Positions 41,522 through 52,168 of a stretch of 64,000 nucleotides of DNA are shown piece by piece. This stretch comes from an uncultured bacterium. GTDB lineage: Bacteria > Oederibacteriota > JAAXVQ01 > JAUVAV01. The notes under the pieces were generated by a model. That model saw nothing but the letters and a program-made list of their open reading frames with translations. It ran no database searches and was not told the DNA's origin. The stretch is from contig CAVQBK010000002.1 of the NCBI GenBank assembly GCA_963710755.1, forward strand, positions 128,001-192,000, read 5' to 3'. Within the stretch, counting starts at the first letter, position 1. Each line of letters begins with the position of its first letter. The translations under genes and the position numbers were made by a program.

Positions 41522-42646
41522 ATGAATAAATTAAAGCGGTTCATTTATCAGGGGCGTTATGCTCTGCTCTTTATTCATCTTGCCTGGTTCTGGCCAGGGG
41601 CAGTTCATGCCTATTTTCAGGATCTGGGCATGGGCGTCAGGCCCGCAGGCATGGGCGAGGCTTTTGTAGCCGTGGCTGATGATTCCAATACCCTTCTTTA
41701 TAATGCCGCTGGTCTGGCCGACCTTCAGCAACAGGAACTCAACTTTATGTATTCCAACCTGCTAACCAATCTTAATGCCCGGCTTTTCACCAGTTACTCT
41801 GATACCCTTGGCTTTCATAATCTCGGAGCAGTTATGCCCTTTGACCGGACCATCGGGTCTTTTGGCGCCGTCTGGACACAATTTTCTTCCGCCTTTTACA
41901 AAGAAAACACTGTCGGTTTAAGTTACGCCCGTACCATTGGTCATGATTTGTTTAATTTGAACGAGGAGCAGGCGCGCATCGACGCAGGCATCAATGTAAA
42001 AAGCTTGTTTTGGTCGGTCAATGCCAACGATTACACAACCGCCAACCCCTTGTTCCAAAAGGAAGGACTCTCTCGGCAAGGGTTCACCGCCGATGTGGGT
42101 CTTTTGGTAAAATTTCCCTTCCATTGGAACTTGGGTGTGTCCTTTGAAAACATTGTGCCTGTTGATCTGGGTTTGGACGCCAGTGAAATCGTACCGCTCA
42201 ATATCCGTCTGGGAACCGCTTACCGCTATGATTGGCCCCATCAAACGCAGCCCAACGGAGATTATGTTATGGCCAGCACGGATTTGGTCTACCGCAACGG
42301 CCTTGGTGATGTGCGCGTGGGAACCGAATGGAGTTTCTTTAACCGGTTGGTAAATGTGCGCCTGGGCACCACGGTGGATCAGTTTTCTCTGGGGTTGGGA
42401 CTAAACACCCCTTTTCAGAATGCGCCACGTGCAGCCAGCCTTGACTATGCTTTTATTTACCCCTATGCCATTAAGGATACCTGGGGCACCCACCGCGTAT
42501 CCCTGATAATTCGCTGGGGACGGATTTCGGAAACCACGATTGACAAGCATCCTAAATTTAAATTGCAAAACCTGGAACTCGATCAACCGTCCTATGAAGA
42601 GTTAGCCCCGGGCACCCAGACCACACCCAACACCCCTGCACCGTAA
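41522..42646 (+). CDS. PorV/PorP-like outer-membrane beta-barrel
   Basis: Signal peptide; GVRPAGMGEAFVAVADD...YNAAGL; C-terminal LDYAF.YP...GTHRVSL. Confidence 0.8.
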   Translation: MNKLKRFIYQGRYALLFIHLAWFWPGAVHAYFQDLGMGVRPAGMGEAFVAVADDSNTLLYNAAGLADLQQQELNFMYSNLLTNLNARLFTSYSDTLGFHNLGAVMPFDRTIGSFGAVWTQFSSAFYKENTVGLSYARTIGHDLFNLNEEQARIDAGINVKSLFWSVNANDYTTANPLFQKEGLSRQGFTADVGLLVKFPFHWNLGVSFENIVPVDLGLDASEIVPLNIRLGTAYRYDWPHQTQPNGDYVMASTDLVYRNGLGDVRVGTEWSFFNRLVNVRLGTTVDQFSLGLGLNTPFQNAPRAASLDYAFIYPYAIKDTWGTHRVSLIIRWGRISETTIDKHPKFKLQNLELDQPSYEELAPGTQTTPNTPAP

Positions 42647-42663
42647 ATCCCTTTGGGTTACGC

Positions 42664-43422
42664 TTACTTGCCCTGCTCTGCTTGGAATTGTTGCCGTTTA
42701 GCCTCAAACAGGGTGATGCCCGTGGCCACCGCCGCATTGAGGGAGTTGACCTGACCAAACATGGGGATGGTCAATAAAAAATCGCAATGTTCCCGGGTTA
42801 AACGGCGCAGACCTTTGCCTTCCCCACCGATGACCAAGGCCAGCGGACGGTTCAAGTCCGACATCCATAGAGATTGGCCGCCCTCCGCCACCAAGCCCGC
42901 AACCCAGATGTTGTTCTTTTTTAAACCCTCCAGAGTGATGGCCAGATTTTTTACCTGAGCCATGGGCAAATGCGCCGTAGCGCCGCCGGACGTCTTAATG
43001 GCCGTGGCCGTAAGCGCGGCACTGCGATGATAGGTCATGATCAAGCCATGGGCACCCGCACCTTCCGCACAGCGCACTATGGCCCCCAGATTTCTAGGAT
43101 CCTCAATTTCATCGGTGACCAGGAGCAACGGCGAGGGGGTTTTGGCCAAGGCTTGGTCCAGCACCTCATGCACTTCCTGAAATTGATGTGCTTTGATAAA
43201 GGCCACTACCCCCTGGCTGACATTGGCCCCGAAAAGCTTGTCCAGATGACGACGTTCCATCCATTCCACGGAGATATTCCGGGCCTGGGCTTCATTTTGT
43301 AATTCCGTAAGAATGGCGCCATGGGTACCTTTAGCCAACATGACCCTTTCCACTTGAGTGTCATGGGATTTTAGCGCTTCCAGCACAGTTCGACGGCCAT
43401 ATATTTTTCTGATCTCACTCAT
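42664..43422 (-). CDS. rlmB: 23S rRNA Gm2251 2'-O-methyltransferase
   Basis: IYGRR.V.EAL, QGVVA, DPRNLGAI.R, GGEGKGL, IPM.G.VNSLNA; downstream of cysS. Confidence 0.95.
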   Translation of the reverse strand: MSEIRKIYGRRTVLEALKSHDTQVERVMLAKGTHGAILTELQNEAQARNISVEWMERRHLDKLFGANVSQGVVAFIKAHQFQEVHEVLDQALAKTPSPLLLVTDEIEDPRNLGAIVRCAEGAGAHGLIMTYHRSAALTATAIKTSGGATAHLPMAQVKNLAITLEGLKKNNIWVAGLVAEGGQSLWMSDLNRPLALVIGGEGKGLRRLTREHCDFLLTIPMFGQVNSLNAAVATGITLFEAKRQQFQAEQGK

Positions 43423-43429
43423 AAACAAC

Positions 43430-44887
43430 CTATCCTTTGTTAGGATCCTTCCGATCAGATAGCGCGCTGTCCTGGATCGTTTTTAAGGCCAAGGCGCCAA
43501 AAGGCGTATCTTCCACGACAAATCCTTGCGTCTGAATTTGATCACGCAAGCGATCGGAAGCAGCCCAGTCTTTTTGCTGGCGGGCCAGATGACGCTGCTC
43601 CAGCAGCGCCAAAATTTCCGGTGGGGCCAAGCTCAGGTCCGGGTCGATTCCCAAAATAGCCAGCATCTCCAGAAGCTGTTGTTGGGCATGATTTAATGCT
43701 TGAAATAAAGTGTACGATTTTTGAGGACGGCCGGAAAGGATCTTTTTCACCTGATTGGCCAGACTGAATAAATGTCCGAGAGCCCCGGCCGTATTCAAGT
43801 CATCCTGTAGAGCCAGGTGAAATTTCTCCGTGCTGCGGACAGCAGCGGTTTGCAAAGCTTCAGCTTGGGGATCAGCGACACTATCTTGGGGAACAGAAAT
43901 ACGCAAAAGTTCCACCAAACGATGAATGGTATACTGCAACTCCCGGTAGGCGTGATAAGCCGCGTCAAGGTTATCCTGATTAAATTCCAGGGGACTGCGG
44001 TAATGGGCGGACAACATAAACAAGCGCAGCACTTGATAGGGATAATGCCCAAGCAGTTCACGCACCACTTTGAAATTACCCAGTGATTTTGACATCTTTT
44101 GACCATCAATTTTCAGGTAACCGTTGTGCATCCAATAATTAGCCAACGGCTTTCCTGTCACACATTCACTTTGAGCATTTTCATTCTCGTGATGGGGAAA
44201 GATTAAATCTTCTCCGCCACCGTGGATATCAAAAGTGTCGCCCAAATAACGCATAGCCATAGCTGAGCATTCAATATGCCACCCCGGCCGGCCTGCGCCC
44301 CAGGGTGAAGCCCAGGACGGTTCCCCTGGTTTGGCCGCTTTCCAAAGCGCGAAATCCAAAGGATCTTGTTTGCGCTCGTTGATATTAATGCGAGCTCCGC
44401 TTGCCAGCTCGTCGATGGCTTTCCCCGAAATCCGGCCGTAAGCTTTAAAATCCCGGACACGGAAAAAGACATCCCCGTCCACAATATAGGCGTACCCTTG
44501 TTCCAGAATGCGGGAAATCAACTTGATAATTTCGGGTATGTGTTCGGTGGCTTTGGGAAATAGGTCGGCCGGCAAACAGCCCAAGGCTTTATGGTCTTCT
44601 AAAAATGCTTGGGCAAATTCACGAGCCACGTCCTCCGGCAATCGGCCCTCCTTGTTGGCACGGTTGATAATTTTATCATCCACATCGGTAATATTTTGCA
44701 CCAAGGTAACCTTGGGGAAATGGTGCTGCAGCACGCGCCGCAAGGTATCAAACACCACAAAAGCACGGGCATTGCCGACATGAAAATAATCGTAAACCGT
44801 CGGCCCGCAGGCATATATTTTGACATGGTTGGGATCGAGAGGCCGAAAAGTCTCTTTCTGCCGTGTCATGGTATTGTACAGTTGCAT
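43430..44887 (-). CDS. cysS: cysteinyl-tRNA synthetase
   Basis: CGPTVY..HVGNAR, DFALWK, GRPGWHIECSAM, KMSKSLGN. Confidence 0.98.
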   Translation of the reverse strand: MQLYNTMTRQKETFRPLDPNHVKIYACGPTVYDYFHVGNARAFVVFDTLRRVLQHHFPKVTLVQNITDVDDKIINRANKEGRLPEDVAREFAQAFLEDHKALGCLPADLFPKATEHIPEIIKLISRILEQGYAYIVDGDVFFRVRDFKAYGRISGKAIDELASGARININERKQDPLDFALWKAAKPGEPSWASPWGAGRPGWHIECSAMAMRYLGDTFDIHGGGEDLIFPHHENENAQSECVTGKPLANYWMHNGYLKIDGQKMSKSLGNFKVVRELLGHYPYQVLRLFMLSAHYRSPLEFNQDNLDAAYHAYRELQYTIHRLVELLRISVPQDSVADPQAEALQTAAVRSTEKFHLALQDDLNTAGALGHLFSLANQVKKILSGRPQKSYTLFQALNHAQQQLLEMLAILGIDPDLSLAPPEILALLEQRHLARQQKDWAASDRLRDQIQTQGFVVEDTPFGALALKTIQDSALSDRKDPNKG

Positions 44888-44969
44888 GCTTAACTCCTCA
44901 AAGGTAACCGCGCCGCCTGCGGCCTTGACAAACCCATCAAATTACCCCAAGCGACTTGCAGGGGTGTTT

Positions 44970-44998
44970 ATCATAGCCGTTTGGGCAATTTTTTTCAA
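44970..44998 (-). promoter_or_regulatory. sigma70-type promoter of cysS-rlmB
   Basis: Minus strand TTGAAA-17 nt-TATGAT. Confidence 0.6.
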
Positions 44999-45043
44999 TG
45001 TCCATTTCCCGCGGCAGTGTCTCTAAACCCGGTTGCATTGAAT

Positions 45044-45074
45044 AAAAAAAGGCAGGTTGCATTGCAACCTGCCT
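45044..45074 (-). terminator. intrinsic terminator ending the alpha operon
   Basis: aaaaaaaggcaggttgc-att-gcaacctgcct; U7 on the minus strand. Confidence 0.85.
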
Positions 45075-45108
45075 GGCTTGAACTTATTTGCTTTAAATAT
45101 TTAAATAA

Positions 45109-45846
45109 TTATTGGCTCTTCTTTTTAGCCGCCTTTTTCTTGGCCGCTTTCTTTTGCAAGGTCACTTGGACTGCCAGCTTCTTTTTGGTATTGCGACCGC
45201 TTTTAGCCGCCTTTTTACGGTCTTCTTTACCAGCAGTAATTTCTTTTTTAACTTTTTCCCGCTGGGCGGCTCTTTCTTTCTTCACTTTCTCTTGGGCGGC
45301 TTGGCGCTCACTGATTTTGCTTTGCTGTTCACCACTTTTTGCTACTTTTTTAACCTTCTCTTTTTCCTTGGCGACTTGGCCTGCCGCTTTTTTATCCTTC
45401 TTTTCTTTTTTCAGTCTCTTTTCCTTCTCTTCTTCTGATTCGGCCACCTTAATCTGTTTGGTATGCTGACCGGGCAGAGTTTGACCAGGAACCCAATCGA
45501 CCAATTCCAAAAACGCAGCCTGGGCCCCGTCACCGGCACGATTGCCCACTTTAATAATCCTGGTATAACCACCGGCACGGTCCTTGTACCATTCCACCAT
45601 ATGATCAAAAAGGCGATTGACCACATCTTTTCGGGAGATCAACGCCATGGCTTGGCGGCGATGATGGAGGGTGCCTTTTTTTGCCAGCGTAATCATCTTT
45701 TCGGCCAAAGACTTTGTTTCTTTAGCTCTAGCCAACGTGGTCTGAATGCGGCCATGCAAATAGAGGGCCTCTACCAATTGTTTCATCATGGCTCGACGAC
45801 GATGTTCGGGAACACCCAACCGTCTTCCGCTTGTTCTATGTCTCAT
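45109..45846 (-). CDS. rplQ: 50S ribosomal protein L17 with long Lys/Ala-rich C-terminal extension
   Basis: MRHR..GRRLG, I.TT.A.AKE, R.GGYTRIIK...R.GD.A; start ATG 45846 after AAGGAAGG. Confidence 0.96.
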   Translation of the reverse strand: MRHRTSGRRLGVPEHRRRAMMKQLVEALYLHGRIQTTLARAKETKSLAEKMITLAKKGTLHHRRQAMALISRKDVVNRLFDHMVEWYKDRAGGYTRIIKVGNRAGDGAQAAFLELVDWVPGQTLPGQHTKQIKVAESEEEKEKRLKKEKKDKKAAGQVAKEKEKVKKVAKSGEQQSKISERQAAQEKVKKERAAQREKVKKEITAGKEDRKKAAKSGRNTKKKLAVQVTLQKKAAKKKAAKKKSQ

Positions 45847-46055
45847 TGCGTTTACCTTCCTTAGTCGTTCTTGAACCTCCAATTACTTTCAGCTCAGGGC
45901 CAGCTCGAAAGATGGTGTTCATGATAATAGATGCGGTCCTGGACCAGGGCCGGCCGTCATTGAAGGCGTTTAATTGCATTCCATTTATCCCTGAGGACTA
46001 GGACTTATAACGTTCCACTTGTGCCAAATCATCTTGTGGTTTGACGTAAAATAAA

Positions 46056-47051
46056 TTAATTTTGTTTGCCGGATTTCTCCGGGGATTCGGCAAAACTCAA
46101 GTCCATCCCCAATCCGAGTCCCATCTGCGTCAAACTTTCCTTGATTTCGTTCAGTGATTTCCTTCCGAAATTACGGTAGCGCAGCATTTCATTGTCCGAT
46201 TTGCTGACCAACTCCCCGATGGTTTTAATATTGGCCGTTTTCAAGCAATTGCTGGAACGAACGGAAAGCTCCATTTCTTCCACACTGCGGTTGAGCAGTT
46301 CGCGCAGCTTTTCCCGTTCCTCGTCAACTTCTTCTACTTCTTCCACCGGTTCTTCTTCGAAGTTAATGAAGATGGGCATTTGGTCTTTTAAAATTTTAGC
46401 GGCATGCGCCAAGGCATCATCCGGCCGAATGCGTCCATCGGTCCAGATCTCGATAATGAGTTTATCATAATCTGTCATCTGGCCAACCCGGGTATTCTCC
46501 GAGTCGATCTTGACCTTAGTTACCGGCGTAAAGATGGAATCCACCGGAATGGTGCCCACCGGATGATCTTCCCGCCGATTACGGGCCGCATCCACATAGC
46601 CACGGCCGGCATTAATTTCTATTTCCATTTCCAACTTGGCATCACGGTCATTCAAGGTAGCGATATGCAGTTCTTTGTTGATAATTTCCACAGCGCTGTC
46701 GGCTTCAATATCCGCGGCTGTCACTTCACGCTCACCGGTGACGTTGATGCGCACAATTTTCGGTCCGTCTTCATGCAACTTAACCTTCAATTGCTTGAGA
46801 TTAAGTACGATCTCCATGGCATCTTCCATAACATCCTGCAACGAGGCGTATTCATGAACTGCACCATTGATGCGTACTGCCGTTACTGCGGCTGCCTGGA
46901 TCGAAGAGAGCAAAATCCGACGTAGTGAGTTACCGATGGTCAATGCGAACCCACGTTCAAACGGCTCTGCAATGAATTTGCCGTAAAAATCCGTTAAGGT
47001 CTCACGATCACAGTCAAGACGTTCGGGTTTAACCAAGCTTTTCCATTTCAT
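46056..47051 (-). CDS. rpoA: RNA polymerase alpha subunit
   Basis: EPFERGFALTIGNSLRRILLSSI, ELSVRSSNCL, NFGRKSL. Confidence 0.98.
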   Translation of the reverse strand: MKWKSLVKPERLDCDRETLTDFYGKFIAEPFERGFALTIGNSLRRILLSSIQAAAVTAVRINGAVHEYASLQDVMEDAMEIVLNLKQLKVKLHEDGPKIVRINVTGEREVTAADIEADSAVEIINKELHIATLNDRDAKLEMEIEINAGRGYVDAARNRREDHPVGTIPVDSIFTPVTKVKIDSENTRVGQMTDYDKLIIEIWTDGRIRPDDALAHAAKILKDQMPIFINFEEEPVEEVEEVDEEREKLRELLNRSVEEMELSVRSSNCLKTANIKTIGELVSKSDNEMLRYRNFGRKSLNEIKESLTQMGLGLGMDLSFAESPEKSGKQN

Positions 47052-47200
47052 TCGTCCACACCCCTTTGGTGGTTAAAATAACCCGCTCCAACGAGCGGCA
47101 CTGATAGTCGCTATAACTCCGATTGGCCGGCAAGGACTGCGATCCACCACCGCGCAAGCCCTGTATTCCTGCTCTCGGGCTTTGGGCCGGCCAGTCACGG

Positions 47201-47830
47201 TTATTTTGAATACAACTCTACAATCAATTGTTCCTGCACCGGCAAGGCCAATTCTTCGCGATTGGGTATTTTCGTAAAGGTACCCATGCATTTTTCCGCG
47301 TCTACTTCCATCCAGGCTGGTACACCGCCGCGGCGTTGCAGACTGTCCAAAGCAAGCACCACTGGTTTTAACTTTCTGCTTTTTTCCTTAATCTCAACCC
47401 GATCGCCGACACGCACCAAATAAGAAGAAATATTCACTTTGCGCCCGTTAACCAGGACATGCCCATGATTAACCAGTTGCCGTGAGACCAGGCGGTTGAT
47501 GCCATAGCCCATTCTGTAAACAACATTGTCCAATCGGCGTTCCAACAATTGCAGCATGATTTCGCCGGTGACACCCTCTTTGCGGTTGGCAATTTCATAA
47601 TAACGGCGAAATTGACTTTCCAGCAGTCCATACATGCGGCGCAACTTTTGTTTTTCCCGCAGCTGTTTGGCATAATCGGACAATTTGCTTCGCGTATCTT
47701 TGTGCTGCCCGGGCGCATAATTGCGCCGTTCGATGGCACACTTATCGGTGGTGCACTTATTGCCCTTTAAAAACAATTTCATGCCTTCACGCCGACATTG
47801 TTTACATTCCGGACCAACATATCTGGCCAT
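47201..47830 (-). CDS. rpsD: 30S ribosomal protein S4
   Basis: [39 protein letters not shown]. Confidence 0.98.
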   Translation of the reverse strand: MARYVGPECKQCRREGMKLFLKGNKCTTDKCAIERRNYAPGQHKDTRSKLSDYAKQLREKQKLRRMYGLLESQFRRYYEIANRKEGVTGEIMLQLLERRLDNVVYRMGYGINRLVSRQLVNHGHVLVNGRKVNISSYLVRVGDRVEIKEKSRKLKPVVLALDSLQRRGGVPAWMEVDAEKCMGTFTKIPNREELALPVQEQLIVELYSK

Positions 47831-47850
47831 AAGTTAGTTCCTCCTTCGCG

Positions 47851-48243
47851 TTAAACCCGGCGCCGTTTCGGCGGACGGCAGCCATTATGGGGTATAGGGG
47901 TTACATCTTTAATAACGGTTATTTCCAGACCAATGGCTTGAAGACTCCGGATAGCCGCTTCCCGGCCCGCTCCAGGCCCTTTGACAAAAACTTCAACTTC
48001 TTTCATACCTGCTTCCAAGGCCCGCTTCCCAGCGGATTCGGCCGCCATTTGCGCTGCAAAGGGCGTGCTCTTCCGGGATCCTTTAAAGCCCACCTGCCCG
48101 GCCGATGCGAACGCAATCACCGCACCGGTGCGGTCAGTGATAGATACAATGGTATTGTTAAAGGTCGATTGAATATGGGCTTGCCCCTCCAGGGGGGCTT
48201 TCTTCATTTTTTTCTTGCTTCGGCTTGAGCCTTTCTTAACCAC
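47851..48243 (-). CDS. rpsK: 30S ribosomal protein S11
   Basis: [29 protein letters not shown]. Confidence 0.99.
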   Translation of the reverse strand: MVKKGSSRSKKKMKKAPLEGQAHIQSTFNNTIVSITDRTGAVIAFASAGQVGFKGSRKSTPFAAQMAAESAGKRALEAGMKEVEVFVKGPGAGREAAIRSLQAIGLEITVIKDVTPIPHNGCRPPKRRRV

Positions 48244-48299
48244 GTGTATGCCTCCTTATTTGCTCACGTGAAGCCTTTCGACGATCAGGCTGTCATCAA

Positions 48300-48680
48300 T
48301 TATTTCTTGCCCGGCATTTTCTTGCCGGCGATGGCCTTACGCGGCCCTTTTCTGGTTCTGGCATTGGTATGCGTCCGCTGTCCGCGCACTGGCAGGCCGC
48401 GACGATGTCGGGTTCCACGATAAGATCCTATGTCAATGAGACGCTTAATATTCTGGCTGATCTCCCGTCTCAAATCCCCTTCCACCTGATAACTCTTGTT
48501 GATCACTTCCTGGAGGCGGTGGGTTTCATCTTCCGTCAGGTTCTTAACCCGCACTTCCGGTGAAACTTTGGCTTCACTCAATATTTTTTTTGAAAATGCG
48601 GGACCAATACCATAAATATAGGTCAATGCCGTTTCAATTCGTTTATCTTTGGGTAAATCGACGCCGCTAATGCGAGCCAT
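48300..48680 (-). CDS. rpsM: 30S ribosomal protein S13
   Basis: [27 protein letters not shown]. Confidence 0.99.
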   Translation of the reverse strand: MARISGVDLPKDKRIETALTYIYGIGPAFSKKILSEAKVSPEVRVKNLTEDETHRLQEVINKSYQVEGDLRREISQNIKRLIDIGSYRGTRHRRGLPVRGQRTHTNARTRKGPRKAIAGKKMPGKK

Positions 48681-48822
48681 AACGTCCTCCTTAATCTAGT
48701 AACCGTTTGTGCGGATGTGGTCAGATGCTTGCAAACGGAATAACACATGCCATCGGAAACAAAAGTCGTGGCCTTGCTTATAAACATGCCCCAACGATAC
48801 CTGGGCTTGGTCAAGACAGCCT

Positions 48823-48936
48823 TCACCCTTGGCGTTGTTTATGTTTGGCGTTTTCGCAAATAATGCGCACAATGCCTTTGCGTTTGATGACTTTGCATTT
48901 TTCGCACATCGGTTTCACTGATGCCCGTACTTTCAT
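48823..48936 (-). CDS. rpmJ: 50S ribosomal protein L36
   Basis: Not in the ORF track; manual translation [37 protein letters not shown]. Confidence 0.97.
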   Translation of the reverse strand: MKVRASVKPMCEKCKVIKRKGIVRIICENAKHKQRQG

Positions 48937-49003
48937 TGGAAATTCCTCACTTTCCTGCGCTTGAAATCCCATCCAAGCTCAAGGCCATCGGCCCTGGCCG
49001 TCG

Positions 49004-49303
49004 TTATTTGTAGCGATAGGTTATGCGCCCGCGCTGCAGATCGTAGGGCGACATTTCCACCGTCACTTTATCCCCTGGCAAGATCCGGATAAAATGCATG
49101 CGCATTTTCCCGGAAATATGGGCCAGAACCACGTGCCCATTATCCAATTCCACACGGAACATGGCATTAGGCAAAGCCTCCAGCACCTTGCCCTCCAATT
49201 GAATAGAGTCTTCCTTGCCGGAAGGATTGACTGCTTCCCGCTGAGCTTTTCTTTTTTCGTACTTATCCTTGTCGCTTTGTTTCTTCCGATGCTGCGCTTT
49301 CAT
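49004..49303 (-). CDS. infA: translation initiation factor IF-1 with N-terminal extension
   Basis: [54 protein letters not shown]. Confidence 0.96.
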   Translation of the reverse strand: MKAQHRKKQSDKDKYEKRKAQREAVNPSGKEDSIQLEGKVLEALPNAMFRVELDNGHVVLAHISGKMRMHFIRILPGDKVTVEMSPYDLQRGRITYRYK

Positions 49304-50043
49304 TGAGTTAAAACCTCCGCCTCATCATCTGAGACTACAATCGTGTTTTCAAAATGGGCTGATCGGGATCCATCCTGCGTCACCACGGTCCAATGATCGT
49401 CCAAGGTTCTGACATGATAGCTGCCCTTATTGACCATGGGTTCAATGGCCAAAACCATACCTTTTTTTAACCTCACCCCTTGATCGGCTTCTCCAAAATT
49501 TGGGATTTGCGGTTCTTCATGCAACTGCCGCCCAATCCCATGGCCAACGAAGTCCCGCACCACAGAGAAGCCCGCAGCTTCTACATGCCTTTGGATGGCA
49601 TGGCCGATATCTGAAAGGCGGCGGCCAGCTTTAGCTTGGGCGATACCTAGCACCAGAGCCGTTTGGGTAACTTCGATTAAACGGTGTTCTTCCTGTGGAA
49701 GGTCACCCACCGCAAAAGTCCGGGCAGCATCACTGAACCAACCTTCCAGCTGAACCCCGACATCAATGCTGATTAAATCCCCGGCCTTTAGTTTAACCTT
49801 GCCGGGAATGCCATGCACCACTTGATTATTAAGGGAAGTGCACAACGTGGCCGGATAGCCATGATACCCTTTAAAGGCCGGTTTTCCACCATGGTCCCGG
49901 ATAAAATGCTCTGCCCAATGGTCCATTTCCAACGTGGTGACACCCGGTCTGATGAAGCTTTCCAACTGTCGCAGCAACTCGGCCGTGATGCGCCCTGACT
50001 GCTGTAGTACTGCTATTTCATCAGCTGTTTTAATGGGGATCAA
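49300..50043 (-). CDS. map: type I methionine aminopeptidase
   Basis: VVHGIP, DVG...GWFSD.A, GHGIG..LHEEP, AIEPM, SAHFE. Confidence 0.97.
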   Translation of the reverse strand: MIPIKTADEIAVLQQSGRITAELLRQLESFIRPGVTTLEMDHWAEHFIRDHGGKPAFKGYHGYPATLCTSLNNQVVHGIPGKVKLKAGDLISIDVGVQLEGWFSDAARTFAVGDLPQEEHRLIEVTQTALVLGIAQAKAGRRLSDIGHAIQRHVEAAGFSVVRDFVGHGIGRQLHEEPQIPNFGEADQGVRLKKGMVLAIEPMVNKGSYHVRTLDDHWTVVTQDGSRSAHFENTIVVSDDEAEVLTQ

Positions 50044-50699
50044 TTATGTTTTTCCCATTCAATGGCAGCTTTAATGGTTGCTAAGATGTCAGGAATATCG
50101 CCTTCTGCACTGACGGAACGCAACAGATCCATTTTGCGGTAATAATCAATCAGCGGTGCTGTTTGCTGGTTGTAAACCTCCAGGCGGTTGCTAATGGTCT
50201 CGGCATTGTCATCGGAACGCTGATAAAGTTCACCACCGCATTTGTCGCAAATGCCTTCTTGCTTGGGCATTAAGTTGGTGTTGACATTATAACCAGCGCC
50301 GCACTGTTTGCACATACGCCGCCCGGTCAAACGCAGGATAATCACATCCTTGGGAACATCGATATTGACTACCGCGTTTAAATGCTGACCTAACTTTTCC
50401 AAAATCCCATTCAGGGCCTCGGCTTGTTGAATGGTGCGGGGAAACCCGTCAAGGATAAAGCCCTTCTCCGCATCCGCTTGCCCCAAACGCTCTTCCACCA
50501 TTTTGGTGACCAAGTCATCGGGCACCAAGCCGCCCTGGTCCATATAACGTTTGGCTTCGCCACCCAAGGCCGTACCTTGCTTAACATTGGCACGCAGAAT
50601 ATCACCTGTGGAAATGGTAGGGATCCCCAATTCCGAACTCAATGGTCCTGCATAAGTACCTTTACCGGCACCAGGTGCACCTAAAAAGATAAGCCGCAT
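50040..50699 (-). CDS. adk: adenylate kinase (Zn-LID type)
   Basis: GAPGAGKGT, ILDGFPR, CKQC...CDKC. Confidence 0.98.
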   Translation of the reverse strand: MRLIFLGAPGAGKGTYAGPLSSELGIPTISTGDILRANVKQGTALGGEAKRYMDQGGLVPDDLVTKMVEERLGQADAEKGFILDGFPRTIQQAEALNGILEKLGQHLNAVVNIDVPKDVIILRLTGRRMCKQCGAGYNVNTNLMPKQEGICDKCGGELYQRSDDNAETISNRLEVYNQQTAPLIDYYRKMDLLRSVSAEGDIPDILATIKAAIEWEKHN

Positions 50700-50824
50700 A
50701 GTTTTCCACGCCCCATTTCATCATTATATTGTTTTACAGCCTTATTACCAACCTCTGTCAGTACTTAACCTCGGAGATCTTCTCCGGCCAAAAGGAGGTT
50801 TGTGCTGTATGATCGCTAATATTT

Positions 50825-52168
50825 TTAAAATGAACCCCGGCCTTTTAATTTGCCCTGCTTCATGAACCCTTCATAATGGCGGGTCAATAAATGGGATTCA
50901 ATTTGTTTCATAGTATCCAGGGCCACACCGACCACAATCAGGAGCGTTGTGCCCCCGAAATACCAACCGATGGACATTTGTTTGGCCAACATATCAGGAA
51001 TAATGGCAATGATCACAATGGCCAAGGCTCCACCCAAAGTAATTTTTGACAACGTCTGGTCAATATAGTCCGCCGTTGATTTGCCTGGCCTTAATCCTGG
51101 AATGAAGCCCCCATATTTTTTCATGTTATCCGCTACATCGGAGGGGTTGAAGGTAATCGATGTGTAGAAATAACAGAAAAAGACAATTAAAAAGGCATAC
51201 AGTAACGTATGCACAATGGTCCCCGGGGTTAAGTAGGCCACGATAGTCTGCAGAATCGTCTGTCCTATGCCGGTAGAATCAGGATTCTCAAAATATTTGG
51301 CCAAAGTCGTCGGTGTAACCAGCACGGAACTGGCAAAAATTACCGCAATGACTCCGGAATAATCAACTTTCAAGGGCAACTGGGTGGACTGGCCACGATA
51401 AACTTTTCTTCCCACCACCCGCTGGGCATACTGCACGGGGATCTTGCGGTAGGATTGCTGAATAATGACGGTTAAGGCAACCAGCGCCGCTAACACGGCC
51501 AGAAATAGTGTCATCTGAACCAAATTAACCGAACCGGCCTGGAATAAGGCCCACATGGAACCAATTTCCATGGGCAGACGTGCCACAATACCCGCAAAGA
51601 TGATGATCGACATGCCGTTGCCAATGCCCCGTTCCGATATCTGCTCTCCCAGCCACATAATGAAGATCGTGCCACAGGTCAAGGTCAACACCGTGGTTAA
51701 TTGAAAACCCAGACCCCAATTAATTACGATGGATTGACCTGTTCCCCCGCCGGGATTAATGTTATGTAGCATGTAGGTCATGCCCAATGACTGGACAATG
51801 CAAAGCAGCACCGTGCCATAGCGTGTATATTGGGTTATTTTCTTGCGGCCTTGTTCCCCTTCTTTTTGCAGTCGCTCCAAATAAGGGACCACCGAAGTAA
51901 GCAATTGAAGAATAATGGAGGTGGAAATATACGGCATAATACCCAAGGCAAACACCGAAAATTTGCTTAACGCGCCCCCGGTGAATAAATCTAAAAAGCC
52001 CAAAACCCCGCCGGCCTGGCTCTGCATCATGGCCTGCATGGCCGCCGCATTGATACCTGGGGTGGGCACATGGGATCCAATTCGGTAAACAAAAATCATG
52101 GCCAGTGTAAACAGAATTCGGCGTTTTAGTTCGGGAATGGAAACAGCATTCTGAAATGCACCAATCAT
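50825..52168 (-). CDS. secY: preprotein translocase SecY
   Basis: FALGIMPYI, WLGEQISERGIGNG, IPGLRPG, GGTTLLIVVGV. Confidence 0.98.
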   Translation of the reverse strand: MIGAFQNAVSIPELKRRILFTLAMIFVYRIGSHVPTPGINAAAMQAMMQSQAGGVLGFLDLFTGGALSKFSVFALGIMPYISTSIILQLLTSVVPYLERLQKEGEQGRKKITQYTRYGTVLLCIVQSLGMTYMLHNINPGGGTGQSIVINWGLGFQLTTVLTLTCGTIFIMWLGEQISERGIGNGMSIIIFAGIVARLPMEIGSMWALFQAGSVNLVQMTLFLAVLAALVALTVIIQQSYRKIPVQYAQRVVGRKVYRGQSTQLPLKVDYSGVIAVIFASSVLVTPTTLAKYFENPDSTGIGQTILQTIVAYLTPGTIVHTLLYAFLIVFFCYFYTSITFNPSDVADNMKKYGGFIPGLRPGKSTADYIDQTLSKITLGGALAIVIIAIIPDMLAKQMSIGWYFGGTTLLIVVGVALDTMKQIESHLLTRHYEGFMKQGKLKGRGSF

